Virus record (IMG/VR): IMGVR_UViG_3300035542_000215
Reading direction: 5' to 3' (one strand)
From: a virus
DNA length: 64,000 nt
The notes beneath the pieces are model-generated. The model saw nothing but the letters and a program-made list of their open reading frames with translations, had not been told where the DNA came from and searched no databases. Positions within the stretch are counted from its first letter, which is position 1. Every line of letters starts with the position of its first letter. Shown in pieces: positions 44,355 through 55,608 of the stretch. A program made the translations under genes and the position numbers.

Positions 44355-46358
44355 TTACGCTATCAAATTCAAAAATTCATCTTCTGAAATTATTGAAATA
44401 CCCAGTTTCTTTGCTTTCTTATTTTTAGAAGAATTGCTTTCTCTATCATTGTTTATAAGATAGTCGGTGTTGCCTGATACGCTCTTTGAAACTTTTCCAC
44501 CTAGTTTTTCAATTTTTTCTTGTAGTTGTTTTCTATTTTCAAATTTAAAAACTTTTCCTGTAACTACAAATACTTTTCCTAGGATAGAACTATCTTTAAC
44601 AATTACCTTTTCTTCTTGAACTTCACTGTTTAATCCTAAATCCATCAATGTTTTAATAATCTCTCTATTACTATCTTCTGAAAGAAAATCTATTAAGTTT
44701 TGACTCATCACTTCTCCAAATATTTTTATTTCAAGGAGTTTTTCCTTAAAACTTTCTTCATCTTCAGAAGCTTTTAATATATTTTCCATTGATTTAAACT
44801 CGTTAGCTAAATCTTTAGAAGCACTTCTTCCAATATTTTTAATAGATAGTCCGTAAATAAAGTGTCTTAACTCTCTGTTTTTAGAATATTCTATTCCTTT
44901 TAACATTTTTTCGAACTTTTTTTCTCCAAATCCTTCAAGATTAAGAATCTCTTCTTTTTTATCTTGAATATGATAGATATCAATTATTGAAGTGATAATG
45001 TTCTTATCAAAAAACTCTTCAATTGTTTTTTCTCCAAATCCGTCAATATTCATTGCATCTCTTTTAACAAAATGTTTAATCTTCCCTTCTAACTGCGGTG
45101 TGCAGTTAATACCAGTGCAGTAAAGATTAGAACCTTCAAATTTCGTAACAGAACCACAAATTGGACAGTTTTTAGGTGGTGACTTGATAATTTCACTACC
45201 AACTCTTAAATCCTTCATAGATTTAACTATTTGAGGGATAACATCATTTGCCCTTTCAACTAATACAGTATCTCCTACTCTAATATCTTTACTTTTAACA
45301 TTATCATAGTTATGTAAAGTTGCACGAGATATATTAACTCCATCAATATTAACTGTTTCTAATTCTGCCACTGGTGTTATCTGGCCTGTTTTCCCGACTT
45401 GATCAGTAATATCTACTAATTTAGTTGTCGCATCTAATGATTTAAACTTATAGGCCGTAGCCCATCTTGGGAACTTTGAAGTAGATCCTAATTTCTTTCT
45501 AATTTCTAAATCATCAAATTTTAAAACCATTCCATCAATCATATGATCTAATTTTTCTCTAGTAACATTTTCATATTCATTGATGTAATCACTTATAGCT
45601 TCTACACTAGTAGAACTAAAAGTAATTGTATTAACAACTTCAAAACCTAATATGTTTAAGAAATCAAGTTTTTCTGAATCTGTTGAAAACTCTTTTCCTT
45701 CAGCTAAAATTAAATCAAAAGCAATCGCTTTAAAACCCTTTCCGGCAACCTTACTACTATCAAGCTGTCTAAGGGAACCAGATACAAGGTTTCTAGGATT
45801 AGAATATTTACCATCTACATTTATTTTTTCAAAATCTTTAAAAGGTAAAACTGCTTCTGCTCTTACTTCCATTTTTCCAAAAAATTGTATTTCTTTTGGT
45901 ACAGATTCAAGATGAATGATATTGTGGTACAAATCTTCTCCTACTTCACCATTGCCTCTAGATAAAGCTTCTATTAGTTTTCCATCATTATATTTTAAAA
46001 TAATGGTTATTCCGTCAAGTTTTTCTTGTATCAAGACATCTTTACTGCCTTTTTCAAGAAACTTCAAAGCTTCTTCCATGCTGTTAATTTTTTGTTGAGA
46101 CAGCATAGGCTCTGTATGTTTTACTTTTTTTAGACTATCTACTATAGTAGTAACAATCTTTTGTGTAGGTGAATTTGGATCTTGAAATTCTGGATGTTCT
46201 TTTTCAAGATTAACTAGTCTTGAGTAAATCTCATCATATTTAGAATCTGTAATTACCGGCTTGTTTTCACTGTAAAGTTTGTCGTGTTTAATTACTTCTT
46301 TTCTCAATTTTTCAATTTGCTCTTTGATAATTATGTCCTCTTTTTTTAATCTTTTCAT
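44355..46358 (-). CDS. ligA: NAD-dependent DNA ligase
   Basis: EKLDG adenylation motif, NPRNL, PRWATAYKF, OB fold, C4 zinc finger, HhH repeats and C-terminal BRCT. Confidence 0.97.
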   Translation of the reverse strand: MKRLKKEDIIIKEQIEKLRKEVIKHDKLYSENKPVITDSKYDEIYSRLVNLEKEHPEFQDPNSPTQKIVTTIVDSLKKVKHTEPMLSQQKINSMEEALKFLEKGSKDVLIQEKLDGITIILKYNDGKLIEALSRGNGEVGEDLYHNIIHLESVPKEIQFFGKMEVRAEAVLPFKDFEKINVDGKYSNPRNLVSGSLRQLDSSKVAGKGFKAIAFDLILAEGKEFSTDSEKLDFLNILGFEVVNTITFSSTSVEAISDYINEYENVTREKLDHMIDGMVLKFDDLEIRKKLGSTSKFPRWATAYKFKSLDATTKLVDITDQVGKTGQITPVAELETVNIDGVNISRATLHNYDNVKSKDIRVGDTVLVERANDVIPQIVKSMKDLRVGSEIIKSPPKNCPICGSVTKFEGSNLYCTGINCTPQLEGKIKHFVKRDAMNIDGFGEKTIEEFFDKNIITSIIDIYHIQDKKEEILNLEGFGEKKFEKMLKGIEYSKNRELRHFIYGLSIKNIGRSASKDLANEFKSMENILKASEDEESFKEKLLEIKIFGEVMSQNLIDFLSEDSNREIIKTLMDLGLNSEVQEEKVIVKDSSILGKVFVVTGKVFKFENRKQLQEKIEKLGGKVSKSVSGNTDYLINNDRESNSSKNKKAKKLGISIISEDEFLNLIA

Positions 46359-46397
46359 ATATTTATCTCCTTTATATTTTTTAATACTCCTATTTTT

Positions 46398-46742
46398 TGG
46401 TGGAGCTGGTGGGATTTGAACCCACGTCCAAAAATATTTCCACAGGACTTTCTACGAACATAGTTCTCTTTATTCTTTAACTACATATATCAAAGAAAAC
46501 AAATCTATATGCAGCTATCTCAAGTTCTTTTGTATAGGGTCTGAGAGTCTCTAATACAGTTTTTTCGCAGTTAATGATACTCAATGTTGACAAGCGAAAA
46601 ATATCAACGTGAGCAGTCGTTTTTGAAGCGACAGTTTGTTTTTATACTATGCGTTTAGTTTAGTTTGTTAGTTTTTATGTTGACTAACTCAACAATTCGC
46701 TTATCCTGTTTTTATATCCTCGTCGAAACCATTTTCAACCCC
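46398..46742 (-). ncRNA. ssrA: tmRNA (345 nt) with a one-codon tag ORF
   Basis: 5' GGGGUUG pairs with CAGCUCC-ACCA including the G3-U alanine wobble; GGUUUCGAC near the 5' end; T-arm GUGGG-UUCAAAU-CCCAC; pk1 GUUGA/UCAAC plus GUUAG/CUAAC; UAAAC then GCA UAG at 46652-46647. Confidence 0.92.
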
Positions 46743-46923
46743 AATTTATTTCTTTTAAATCCTCATCTTTTCATAATCATACTCTCCTTTTTTTTATTTA
46801 CACATAAGTGCTCCTTAAACATCTAATCTATTATATGCAAATATTACTTTTTATATTCGTTTTTTGAAAATAAAAAAAACACCCCTTTGAAAAAAATCAA
46901 AAAGGTGTTTAAAAATTTGATTA

Positions 46924-48580
46924 TTAATATAATTTTTTGAAAACTATATAACCTTCGAAATATGAATCTTCTATTACTTCGAATCCTTTTTCTGCATAAA
47001 AACTTAAGTTTTCTTCTTCTACATATATCATTACTCCACCAATATCGTTACTCATAAATGCTGTATCTACAATTGAGTTCAAGTTTTCTACTATAGCTTT
47101 TTTTATTATCCTACCATCATACTCTTCATTTATTTCAATGTCTTCTAAAACATATATGCTTTCCATATCATCAACAAGATCAAAATCTTCATCTATAATA
47201 ATACTAGCTATAACTTCTTTGAACCCGGATTCTGCATCCATTTCAAATAGAAATTTAGTTAAATTGCGAATTAGACATTTAGGTGCAATTTTATAACCCG
47301 TCATACCCCCAATGGTTTCATTTTCTTCACCTTTCATAACATCAATTACAAAATTAAAATCTAAGCTATGATCTGATCTTTGTTCCTCTGGAGTCTCATA
47401 TACTCCATCTTCTTCTCCAAATATCATTATTGGATTATTAGCTACTGGGCTAATTAAAAATCCATCCATTTCTTTTTTTCATATTATTTATCTCCTTTGT
47501 TTTTTTACAGCTTCAAAACTGCTCCTTATTTTGAACTAATTTATTATATACATCTCACTAGATTCATATTCCTACTTTTTATTTTTTGTCGATATACTCA
47601 ATTATTTTATAGAGATATGTAGTTTTCCTTATTTTATAAAAAGCTAATCTTATAATATCTTTTTGTGTTTTCAATCCTATTTTCATATCTATTTCTCTTT
47701 CAGCATTTTCATCTAAGGCTTCTTTTATTACTTCTTTTTCTTTACTATTCCATTTTTCAAGCTTTTTTCCTTCCATTTCGTTTTTCAATAATTGGGATAA
47801 GTTTAAAAATTTTTTTATTGTCATTTTCGACCAATTTTTTTTTAAATGCCATTTTTGATCTAAACAAATCATATATGCCGATAACCATACCAGGGCTGTT
47901 TTTTCAGAATTGTTTTGTGTTTTTTTTAAAAGTTTCATAGTATGCAGCATGCCAGGTTTTATATTTCTACTTAACCCATGACATACACATGCTTCATGAT
48001 ACAATGTTTTTTTTTCTTCGAAAATTAATTCTTTGTATTCTTGTATATATTCTTTTTTCCACCAGTCAAAATCTTTAACATTATAATAAGAGTTTTTGTT
48101 TTCAATTTCAATTGTTTCTATTTCTGTTTTAAAATTTTCTCCAAATTCTTCTTTCCACATTTCATAAATATCTTTCCAATTTAAATTATTTTCTTGCATT
48201 TTTTTCTCCTTTTATTTTTATAATGCTTCTCACAAAGCACTTGTAAATGTCCTTTGTTTCTTAATTTTCCTTTTTCTCCACATATTTCACAGGTTTTTCT
48301 ACTTAAAGCAGCATATTTACCTGTTATTTCTTCAATTTTTTTCATTTAAACAATTTGTGTAGATATTAAGCACTCCGTATTTTTCTTTAACTTGAAAGAT
48401 GTATAAGTCTTTTTTCTCTTTTTTGCTTAACACCTTTTCTATTTCTTTAGCCCAACCATAAATTAATTTAGACCATCCATCTCCACATTCTACAAATAAT
48501 CCATTATTTGCCTTAATAAACCATGGAAAATCTTTTTTTATTTTTTTCTCTATTTTTTTATCCATATCTACCCTCTTCAA
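46924..48580 (-). CDS. Hypothetical genes 46924-47469, 47579-48199 and 48332-48580 (the last frameshifted in a homopolymer)
   Basis: SD-led ORFs; 48332 continues in another frame as ...CEICGEKG...LCEKH. Confidence 0.6.
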
Positions 48581-49195
48581 TATTAAAAAATTTGACTCTG
48601 TTAGTTTCTACTTCTTCTTGATAAAAATTATCTAAAATTTTATTTTGTTTTCCGTTTTTCATCTCCTCATTTTTAAAACAGCATTCACACTAAACATGGT
48701 AAATGTCGTAAACCAAATTAATACAATTACCATACCTCTTAAAAACATTAACTCTATATCAACATTCCCTTTTTTACTGTTAAAATATTTTATATGAACT
48801 CTTCTTCATTATTGAATCCAGTGTTTTCTATAGATCTTCTGTTTGAAAATCTGAAATTCACTTGCCCACATAGCTAACAACTAAGCATCCCGGTTACAAG
48901 TTGCCTGTTTTAAGAGTCTAGTATGAGATAATTGCAATTTTTAATAAACTGTCATCCAAAGAGTTGTCTTAGAAATAAAATCGGCTAAATCTTAATTTAA
49001 GAGCTGTTTTGCCCCTTGAATTGACATCTTTAAATCCATGAATGCATTACCCCTTTACCTAGAAAAACTTCTAAAACTCTTTTAAATATATCAGCTATAA
49101 TTAACTTACATTCATTATACACTCTTATCTCCTTTCTTTTTAGGTTTTTCTATTTTAAACAAACATCTATAATGAACTATTTTTCATTTTATATT

Positions 49196-50460
49196 TTATG
49201 ACCTTATGGTGTTTATGATTTCTACAACTCTAATTTTTAAAAGTATTACTGCCAAAACTTCAAATAGCATTATGTTAAGGGCTGTTATAAGAGCTTTTTT
49301 ATCTTCAAGAATTAATCCTGAAATTATCAAAATCATGCTTATTACTGCTCCAATGAACAATATCCAGTGTATAGTAGCCATGCTTCCTAAACTTTCTATA
49401 TTTTCTAAATTCATAACTATTTTCTCCTTTTTTTTATTATATGCATTTGACTGTTAAATTATTCCAATCAAATAAAAAAAGAAGATCTCTAAGATCTTCT
49501 AATTTTGTTTATATCTTATTTTCTCTTTTTTCATGTTTTTCTACGTAGTATTTAAATATTTTTTTTAAGCTTTTTATTAAATCAGGTAAGTTTTTAGGTT
49601 TATCTTCAAAGCTTTTTTCATCAAAAGTACCTACAAAACCATTGGGACAGTAAGAATAAGCAGTGTTAAACCATGTATTCTTGCCTACGGTTCTAGTTGA
49701 TATGTAAGCAGCATCTTCACCTAACAGTAGAGTAGCGAATATGTTCTTGCTATCAACAAATTTTGATTCGTCCCATTTTTTATCGAAAGCCTTAATTATG
49801 TCTTTGTGAATATGGACTTCCAACTTTAAACCTTCGCATTTCATTTTACCTGATATTAATATTTTTTTACTTTTGTCTAGTCCTTTGATATCTTCCTTGT
49901 CAACTGGTCCTAAAATAAAATTGTCACAAAATTTTATATTGAATTCATCCTCTAAATAAAACTTTCCCTCTTTTTTTCTAACTAAACCTTCCAAATTTGC
50001 AACTTTTTTTACAGACATGAATTTTCCTGTTAGCAATCCTTGAGAAAATTTAAAATAATTCTCTCTTTTTTCTGTTATATTAAACTTGCTGGCTGCATTT
50101 TTGTAGGTAGGAGCACTTTTAATTTTTTGTTCAGAAGCTATTATTTCTTTTAACGCTGCTTTGTAAACGTCTTTATACTCCTTCATGAATCTCTTCCTCT
50201 TCTACAACTGCATATGCATGGACCATACCTTCTTCGTCTAGCTTAATTAACATGTCATTATCCATTTTCTTATATAGTCTGCCTAGAAGTTTTAAAGTAT
50301 TGCTTACAGATGAGTTAATGACTATATCGTCTATGTATTCACCAAAACATAGGTCTTGTTTAATATAATCTTTTTCAATCACTTCTATTGCTGCTTCTAT
50401 CTGTTTAGTTTTTACAATTTCGTCTCCATTTGAATATACTAATATTTTTTCTTTATTCAT
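49196..50460 (-). CDS. Small membrane protein 49196-49414 and hypothetical genes 49509-50186, 50173-50460
   Basis: Downstream of promoters 49436 and 50519. Confidence 0.65.
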
Positions 50461-50843
50461 TTTTTCCTCCTATTTTTTTCATTGAACAAATATTTGCTCT
50501 CCTAATTTTTCATAGTTTATTCTATGCATTTTAGGTTGTTTATATTCCTTAACGACAAAATTTGGCAAATTAGAATTTTTTTTATTTTTTTGGAATATAT
50601 TAATTAAAAAGTGCATATAATAGAACATCACAATAAAGGAGTGTTCTTGCACTGCTAAAAATACAGGAGGAAGATAATGCTAAAAAAAAATAGTTTTAAC
50701 AATTGAGGTACCAGATGAATTTGATCAATATGATGAGGCTGAACTAGATTTAAGAATTTCAGAAACAGTTTCAGAATTTGACTATGAATTAATTAATTCT
50801 GACGAATATATCGAAGTATAAAAATAAAAAAAGGAGATTAGAC

Positions 50844-51449
50844 ATGAAGACAGGACAGAAGTTTAAATTAAAAAATAAGGAACTAGAAGGAATCCATTTG
50901 TACAGTTATCAGGATAAAGTATTCTTTTTATCCAAAAACAGGGTTTATGAAACATCAAAATCCAATATTAAAGAAATTTTAGAAGAAGTTGTAGATCCCA
51001 CAACTCTTAAGTACCCACTAATGCCAACCCAGGAACAGGTAATAAATAGCGAACCAAAAGAACTAATAAATATTGCTTTAGCTAATTTTAAACATTCTAC
51101 CTTGGAAGATGCTTTAGGAGAGGATATTTATTTAAAAGTAAAAAAAGTTGGAAGGCTGGTAAAGGGAAATGTTTACAGTCATGAAACAAAAAGAGTGTAC
51201 CCCATTATAAGTTTAGAAGTCGAAGCTGATTTAAAATATAGTTTTCAAGATAAAGCAGTTAAAACAGTTGGACTACTTCCACTATATTCACTTTTAAACA
51301 ACGTTGTGAATCCAACATATTTTCTATGTGAGCTTAACAAATTCAATGAGGAAAAATTTAAAAATGGATGTGGAGACTATGTTAAGGTGACTAGTGTTTG
51401 CGGAGATTATTCTAACTTAAAAATTGACTTTGAAAAATATAGTATATAA
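50844..51449 (+). CDS. Hypothetical protein
   Basis: SD AAGGAG; second gene after promoter 50592. Confidence 0.7.
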   Translation: MKTGQKFKLKNKELEGIHLYSYQDKVFFLSKNRVYETSKSNIKEILEEVVDPTTLKYPLMPTQEQVINSEPKELINIALANFKHSTLEDALGEDIYLKVKKVGRLVKGNVYSHETKRVYPIISLEVEADLKYSFQDKAVKTVGLLPLYSLLNNVVNPTYFLCELNKFNEEKFKNGCGDYVKVTSVCGDYSNLKIDFEKYSI

Positions 51450-51762
51450 AAAAGATACGGGCACTTTAAGCCCTTCTTTTTTTTGTTTATTTTCTAATAA
51501 TGTTATATATGACTCTATTAACAGTTCATTGGATTTTTTCACTCTGAAGAGATAGCGTATGTTCTGACATTATTGTTGTTGTCTTAAAGCAACATTGGTC
51601 AACATGTCACATTTGTTTATATTGCAGTATTTTCTAAGGTTTACCTTGGCATTAAAATTAATAAAAAGTTTTGCAGAAGTTGATAATGTCGATATCAACC
51701 ATAATGATTTTTTATGATTTGAGGCAAAAAAAGAGGTCCTGGCAATTCAGGACCAATCCTTT

Positions 51763-52311
51763 TTATTCACATATAAGAGTTTTATCAAATACCTTTATTG
51801 GGACAGACCAGTCGGTTAAAACGTGATCAGTCAACAAGGCTTTCTCCTGTTTTAATTTCTCTTTAGGTATAATTTCTACAAATATTTTGTAAATACCTTT
51901 AGATTTAACACCAGGTATTATCTCAAATTTACCTGATTGAAAATCTTCATAAGAAATATTAGCTCCTGCGGCTTTAGAGATTTCAATAAAATTTTCCTTC
52001 CCAAAGAAAACTTTTACAGTTTCATTTTTTAAAAGTGTTTTTTTTGCTTTTAAATAATCGAAGGAGGTTTTTTGTGTGAAGTCTTTTACTACATACCCAT
52101 CCTCTCTAGAGTAATCTACTACTTCTCCGATTCTTATTACTCCTATTTTATCTTCATAATTTTGCTGTGCTTCTTTTTCGGTATCTCCCTTGATCCAATA
52201 GATTGAATATCTTATCGTTTCGTCTTCAATCGTATCAACTGCATTACTAGATAAAAGAGTTCCACCAGTAACAAGCACAATAACAACAAAAACTACTAAA
52301 AATTTTTTCAT
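51763..52311 (-). CDS. Secreted hypothetical protein
   Basis: Signal peptide MKKFLVVFVVIVLVTGG; promoter 52405. Confidence 0.7.
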   Translation of the reverse strand: MKKFLVVFVVIVLVTGGTLLSSNAVDTIEDETIRYSIYWIKGDTEKEAQQNYEDKIGVIRIGEVVDYSREDGYVVKDFTQKTSFDYLKAKKTLLKNETVKVFFGKENFIEISKAAGANISYEDFQSGKFEIIPGVKSKGIYKIFVEIIPKEKLKQEKALLTDHVLTDWSVPIKVFDKTLICE

Positions 52312-52504
52312 ACTCTACTCCTTTTTTTCTTTTTTTAGTCCTAAAGTTAACAACTTTTCCTAATTTTTTATGTGAATAAAATCACTCCTTATTTAACATA
52401 TAATATTATATGCATTATTATTTTTTTATATTCCCAAACATCTAAATATTTTAAAATACTCAAATAAGTGGTAAGATATATAAAAGCTGTTTAAAGGAGA
52501 GCTC

Positions 52505-52897
52505 ATGTATTTGAAGAATATTTTTATTGAAAATCAAGGGATAAACATTGAAGAAATAAAATCTTCTTATTTAGGGAAAACCGGTGTTTTTAAGTTAAGA
52601 GACCTTATTTTATGCTTGGAAAATACTGGTAGAATATATGGACTTTCTTTAAATGTAGTTTGTCCTGTGAATTCTAAACCTCAAATATCTTATGAGTTTT
52701 TTGAGACAACTTTACAAAATAAAATATCCTCTAAAATAGAAAAAATGGATGACATAATTTATGAAAAAAGATCAACTATCTTCATGCTATCTTGTAAAAA
52801 AACACCTGGAAAAACTTGTGAAATGATTGAAAAAATTCTTATAGCAAATTTTAACAGACAAAACATAGTCGATTTAGTTTCTAAAGTTGAGCTCTAA
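52505..52897 (+). CDS. Hypothetical protein
   Basis: SD AAAGGAG; lone plus-strand gene in this block. Confidence 0.6.
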   Translation: MYLKNIFIENQGINIEEIKSSYLGKTGVFKLRDLILCLENTGRIYGLSLNVVCPVNSKPQISYEFFETTLQNKISSKIEKMDDIIYEKRSTIFMLSCKKTPGKTCEMIEKILIANFNRQNIVDLVSKVEL

Positions 52898-53020
52898 TAT
52901 AAAAAGATCCACCAATAACTGGCAGATCTTAATTTATTTTTATTTATTTTTTTTTGTTAACGACTTTAATTTGTTAACGACTTTATTTCCCGTTTTCATC
53001 AAAAATTTATATTTTAAAGC

Positions 53021-55372
53021 CTATCTGATAGGGCAAACTCCTGATTCACACGATTCGTTTCCTATGTCAAGTTCTGTTTCAACTTTTTCATATTTTCCAA
53101 GTAGGGAAGGTATAAAAGGCTTCATTTCAGAAGACATTTTTTCATACTTTTCTTTAGAAATTGATTCGTATGGCAGCAACTCATAAAAATTATCATCTAG
53201 TGATAAAAATGAAAGTGCTACAACATCATTCCAATTATCCCATACCCACTGTTCAACTTTATCCCACTCATCATCTCTTACATGAACTGTAATTGAGCAG
53301 TTATGGTCTACATAATTTTCCATAAACATTTTATAATTTTCAAGTTGTTCTATAGCTGAAACATCATATTTTGTTTTCCCTTCAGGTGATTTTACTGGGA
53401 ATTCAATTACTTTCGTAGTACAAGTTTTTTCGTCCTGTCCAACTTCAGAAAATATATTATATTCTAACTCTTCACAAACTTTTACTAATGGATCGTTAGC
53501 ATTTATTCTAACCCTTCTTATATAGTAAGGCGAATGTGAATAATGTACGCCACTAGATACTGTTGGAAGTTGAGATAATGTTCCCTCAGGTTTTACTGTC
53601 GTTACTAGTATAGGCGTTTTTTCTCCTAATGATTTAGCATATTTTTCAGCTTCCTCATTAGCAGCTATTTTTAATTTTTTAAGTATTTTTGCCTGTTCTT
53701 TTTTGTCAAGATTACAAGCATTTACCATGTCTTGCCATCCAGTTAAAGAACAACCAGTTAATTTATCTCTTTGCTGTACAGCATTCCATTCAGGAATTTC
53801 AAGTTCAACGCAAGTCATTCTGTATGCTGCTCTGACTGATAATTTTTGTGCTTGTTCTAAACCTTCTAGGTCAAGAGTACCGTCTTTTTTAACAAAAGAG
53901 TGTACGTTTATTGTAGTTAAGTTGCACAAACCATTAGAATCAAGTAATATTTCACCACAAGGATTTACCCCGTTCATATTATCTCTTCTTTTCTTACCGG
54001 CCTCTTCATTTACCCAACCAGGTTCACCGGAGTATCTCATTTGTTCTATTTGCCAATGAAGCTGCTCTCTTGTTGGCTTTTCTTTATAATAGATAGAATT
54101 GTTACTCATTTGTCTATGTATAATGTCCTTATCTACTTTCCATTGCTCGTCAATTTTTTTATAAAGATTATTTTTTGCACCGATTGCTTCTTCATCATCA
54201 GCGTCTACAAGGGCAATTTCTGCCGTTCTTCTAACTCCGCCAACTACAACATTTTCACCAATTATGTTTGCTACATCTAAGCAATCTATTGGTTTAAGTT
54301 TTACCTTGTCACTATCAGAAATGCTTCCTCTCTTTTTTAAGACTTTATCAATTTTTAAAAACATATTTTTAATGCTTTCGTGACCACTTGCAGTTCCTCC
54401 AAATGTTTTAAGAGGCTCTCCTTTAGGCCTAACATTATCATAATTGATTCTTATAGTTTTTACATTTCTATATTCATTACTGTGTAGGAGTTCAAAGAAA
54501 TAACCGATTGACTGAACCCAACCTTCTTTACTATCTCCAACTCTTAATCTTGCAGTTGTATTATTTGAGAAAGTTAAAGAAGTATTATCTTCTCTTTTTT
54601 CTTTTTCTACGGGAGTATAATCTTCATGTATTACTTCAAATTGACTTCTGATTTTTGGTAATTTTTTTACATCATCTTTTAAAATTCTTATTCCAACTCC
54701 AGATCCTACCATCAACAGGTAAAATAGATCTCTAAATGCTTTAAACCTATCAACTACTGTAAAAGCACAATTGTAATTTGCCATAGGATAGTTTTTAGCA
54801 ACTGGTGTTCCTCCTACCCAAAATGTTCTTCCTGATAGAAATTGTCTCAAGTTAAAAATATTATCGTAAAGAGTTTCTGCTTCAGCTTTTGTTGTGGGAA
54901 CTAGATTGCAGTTATATTCAACTGCTCTTTTTACCGTTTCCCACCAGTATTCTCTTCTTTTTTCTTCGGGCAACCATCTTGAATAAGTTCTGTAATATAC
55001 AAAACTACCAAGCTGCTTCATTGGAGGTTGCTTATGTTTATATCTAGAAAGAAATTCATCAGTTAACAAAGAGCTTTCTTTTTTAGCTTTTCTGGTAGGT
55101 CTTGACTTATCTCTTTCATATCTGTAAACAATATATCTTTTAGCAACATCTTTTCTTACACTTTCCATAAGCTGGTCTTCTACCATATCTTGGATTTCAT
55201 CAACGGAAATATCATAAGGTGTTTCTTTGATTTTTTCTTCAATTTTACCAGCTATATCTTCAGCTATTTCAATATCCAAGCCTTCTTTTGTTTCATTCAT
55301 GGCATTAGATATCGCTTTTACAATTTTCTCTTTTTTAAATTCTACTTTTTCTCCACTTCTTTTTACAATCAT
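53021..55372 (-). CDS. nrdJ: Class II (adenosylcobalamin-dependent) ribonucleotide reductase with N-terminal ATP cone
   Basis: ATP cone VKRSGEKVEFKKEKIVKAI; NPCGEILL; TTVKPEGTLS; C-terminal CESGVCPIR; no NrdB partner nearby. Confidence 0.93.
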   Translation of the reverse strand: MIVKRSGEKVEFKKEKIVKAISNAMNETKEGLDIEIAEDIAGKIEEKIKETPYDISVDEIQDMVEDQLMESVRKDVAKRYIVYRYERDKSRPTRKAKKESSLLTDEFLSRYKHKQPPMKQLGSFVYYRTYSRWLPEEKRREYWWETVKRAVEYNCNLVPTTKAEAETLYDNIFNLRQFLSGRTFWVGGTPVAKNYPMANYNCAFTVVDRFKAFRDLFYLLMVGSGVGIRILKDDVKKLPKIRSQFEVIHEDYTPVEKEKREDNTSLTFSNNTTARLRVGDSKEGWVQSIGYFFELLHSNEYRNVKTIRINYDNVRPKGEPLKTFGGTASGHESIKNMFLKIDKVLKKRGSISDSDKVKLKPIDCLDVANIIGENVVVGGVRRTAEIALVDADDEEAIGAKNNLYKKIDEQWKVDKDIIHRQMSNNSIYYKEKPTREQLHWQIEQMRYSGEPGWVNEEAGKKRRDNMNGVNPCGEILLDSNGLCNLTTINVHSFVKKDGTLDLEGLEQAQKLSVRAAYRMTCVELEIPEWNAVQQRDKLTGCSLTGWQDMVNACNLDKKEQAKILKKLKIAANEEAEKYAKSLGEKTPILVTTVKPEGTLSQLPTVSSGVHYSHSPYYIRRVRINANDPLVKVCEELEYNIFSEVGQDEKTCTTKVIEFPVKSPEGKTKYDVSAIEQLENYKMFMENYVDHNCSITVHVRDDEWDKVEQWVWDNWNDVVALSFLSLDDNFYELLPYESISKEKYEKMSSEMKPFIPSLLGKYEKVETELDIGNESCESGVCPIR

Positions 55373-55386
55373 TTTTTATCTCCTTT

Positions 55387-55608
55387 TTAGTTTAGCTTAT
55401 CTTCTTCTGTTATTTCCCAAATATATATTTCTTTTTCAGGATGCTTTTCTCTCATTATTTTAAATGCTTTATTTCTAGCTTCAACTGTATCTTTAGCTTT
55501 TACAACTCCCTGGTCCACACTAATATTTTTTCCCCAGTCTTTAGATACATCAGCTGCAAATTCATATTCGTTAAGTTTTTCTTTTATTTGTGTAAAGCAT
55601 CTTCCCAT
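55387..55608 (-). CDS. Hypothetical protein leading the nrdJ operon
   Basis: First gene after promoter 55666 and its leader. Confidence 0.7.
   Translation of the reverse strand: MGRCFTQIKEKLNEYEFAADVSKDWGKNISVDQGVVKAKDTVEARNKAFKIMREKHPEKEIYIWEITEEDKLN

Noticed and set aside
46398-46430. Stand-alone tRNA-Ala
   Set aside because: The T-arm and CCA belong to a 345-nt tmRNA whose acceptor partner is at 46736-46742; there is no anticodon arm.
300-50821. Programmed frameshifting or phase variation at A/T runs (about 307, 48335 and 50685)
   Set aside because: Single-base shifts in homopolymers in unrelated genes are more simply explained as sequencing or assembly errors; raw reads would decide.
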